Source of the DNA: Camelus dromedarius
Lineage: Eukaryota
NCBI RefSeq assembly: GCF_036321535.1
Contig: NC_087472.1
Location: 102,054,001-102,118,000 of the forward strand
Direction of reading: 5' to 3'
Length of the DNA: 64,000 nt
Below the pieces are notes generated by a model that saw only the letters and a list, made by a program, of their open reading frames with translations, was not told where the DNA came from and made no database searches. Shown here one piece after another: positions 62,891-64,000 of this stretch. The position numbers were made by a program, and so were the translations under genes. Position 1 is the stretch's first letter; each line of letters starts with the position of its first letter.

Positions 62891-64000
62891 TACCTGATAA
62901 AATACATAAATAATTGCAATATATAATAATTGCAAATAATAAAATAACTGCAAAGCCTCAATGGTTTGTATTCCTTTAATATAAATTCTGAAATGTGTAA
63001 ATAATAATTATTTATGATGTAAAACTTCTGCTTTTTTTTCCCCCTTTTAGAAAGCAGGATATAGATTACATGTGGCCTTCTGCTACACCAAATATGGCCC
63101 ACTGACCACAATGTGAAAACTACTTTGACAAAGATGAATGTAAGTCTGCATCGGGGAAGGCACTTTAAAAATAAACTTTGACTTGCCTCAATGCAAGGAA
63201 ATACTTCATATTTAGAAAATGAGTACAGAGACTGAAAATTCCTAGTAACTTTTGCTTAGCAGATCTATAGTTAATTTTATGACAAGCAATGAATGGTTTT
63301 TTCTCTCTCTAAAGGTTTATCATCAAGTTTCTAGCTCCTCCCCAGAAACCTTTCCCAGCTCTCCTCTTCTACAAGAGGGGCCTCTGTTGCTACTAGCTGT
63401 GAGGTTCCAAGTAGCTCACTTCCACTTTCTGTTCCATAAAATGACAGGCAATAACCAAGGAGAGCAGGAGCACTGAAGTGTTAGAATTAAAAAGACTCAG
63501 ATACACTCAGAAGCAAGATCAAGATCCCTGGGGGAGCCAAATCGCAAAGTGGTAGGCCAGGCTGAGGGTTCAGAAGTAGGCAGAGAGAGCTCAGAGCTCA
63601 TACCCAGCAGAATAACAGATTTAAATGCCCCACATGAGGCAGGGGACCTGCACCAGGCTCATTCCCTGAAGCCACAGGCTAAGGTGACACTTCACTACCC
63701 AGAAACCTGCAAAGCCAAGATGAAGCCTACGAAGGTGCTGAGCACTACCTACTTAGGAAAGGAAGCGGGAGCAGACAACATCGTAGCCTGGTCTTGGGCT
63801 CAGCCACCATCTGGCGCCATCTGCACGATCACTGACATCTGTACCAGATGGAAGTGCTGAATCTCAAGTAGAACTGGCCTGAGAGTAGTGGCCCATGGGT
63901 GCAGAGCTCTGGGGTATGATTGGCAGAGACACCACTAAACAGCTAGAAAGGGAGAAGCTCAGAGAACTGAGAATGAAATTTGAACTCCAATTTAAAATAA

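Noticed and set aside
50448..64000. Further upstream REPS2 exons (proline-rich and EH-domain regions)
   Set aside because: I found no matching peptide with splice sites by eye; they are probably beyond the window, though a small exon could have been missed.
1..64000. CRISPR arrays, operons or other prokaryote-type systems
   Set aside because: The sequence is clearly mammalian intronic and intergenic DNA, and no regularly spaced repeat-spacer array was seen.

Overview
Mammalian genomic DNA, most likely camelid: it carries four tRNA-derived Vic-1-like SINEs and a young L1 with a camelid-type 3' end. The window holds the 3' end of REPS2 (POB1; X-linked in other eutherians) on the minus strand. 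Four coding exons (50364-50447, 49161-49306, 36449-36554, 23074-23142) splice in frame to ...[55 protein letters not shown] nearly repeat-free ~5.4 kb 3' UTR follows, ending at an AATAAA at 17690-17695. The upstream exons were not found and probably lie beyond position 64000. The rest is a dense, nested pile of L1 (roughly 40% of the window by my hand count), L2/MIR, MaLR/ERVL LTR and hAT-Charlie relics. I found no convincing new multi-gene system. The best oddities are a tailless retrocopy of a 5' tRNA-Gly(GCC) half with a perfect 16-bp target-site duplication (TSD), a probable L1 3' transduction, a candidate 13-nt poison microexon in REPS2, an LTR-less ERV-L gag/protease fragment and a strong CTCF-type motif. 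Repeat subfamily names are recognised by eye and are tentative; repeat boundaries without a TSD are approximate.
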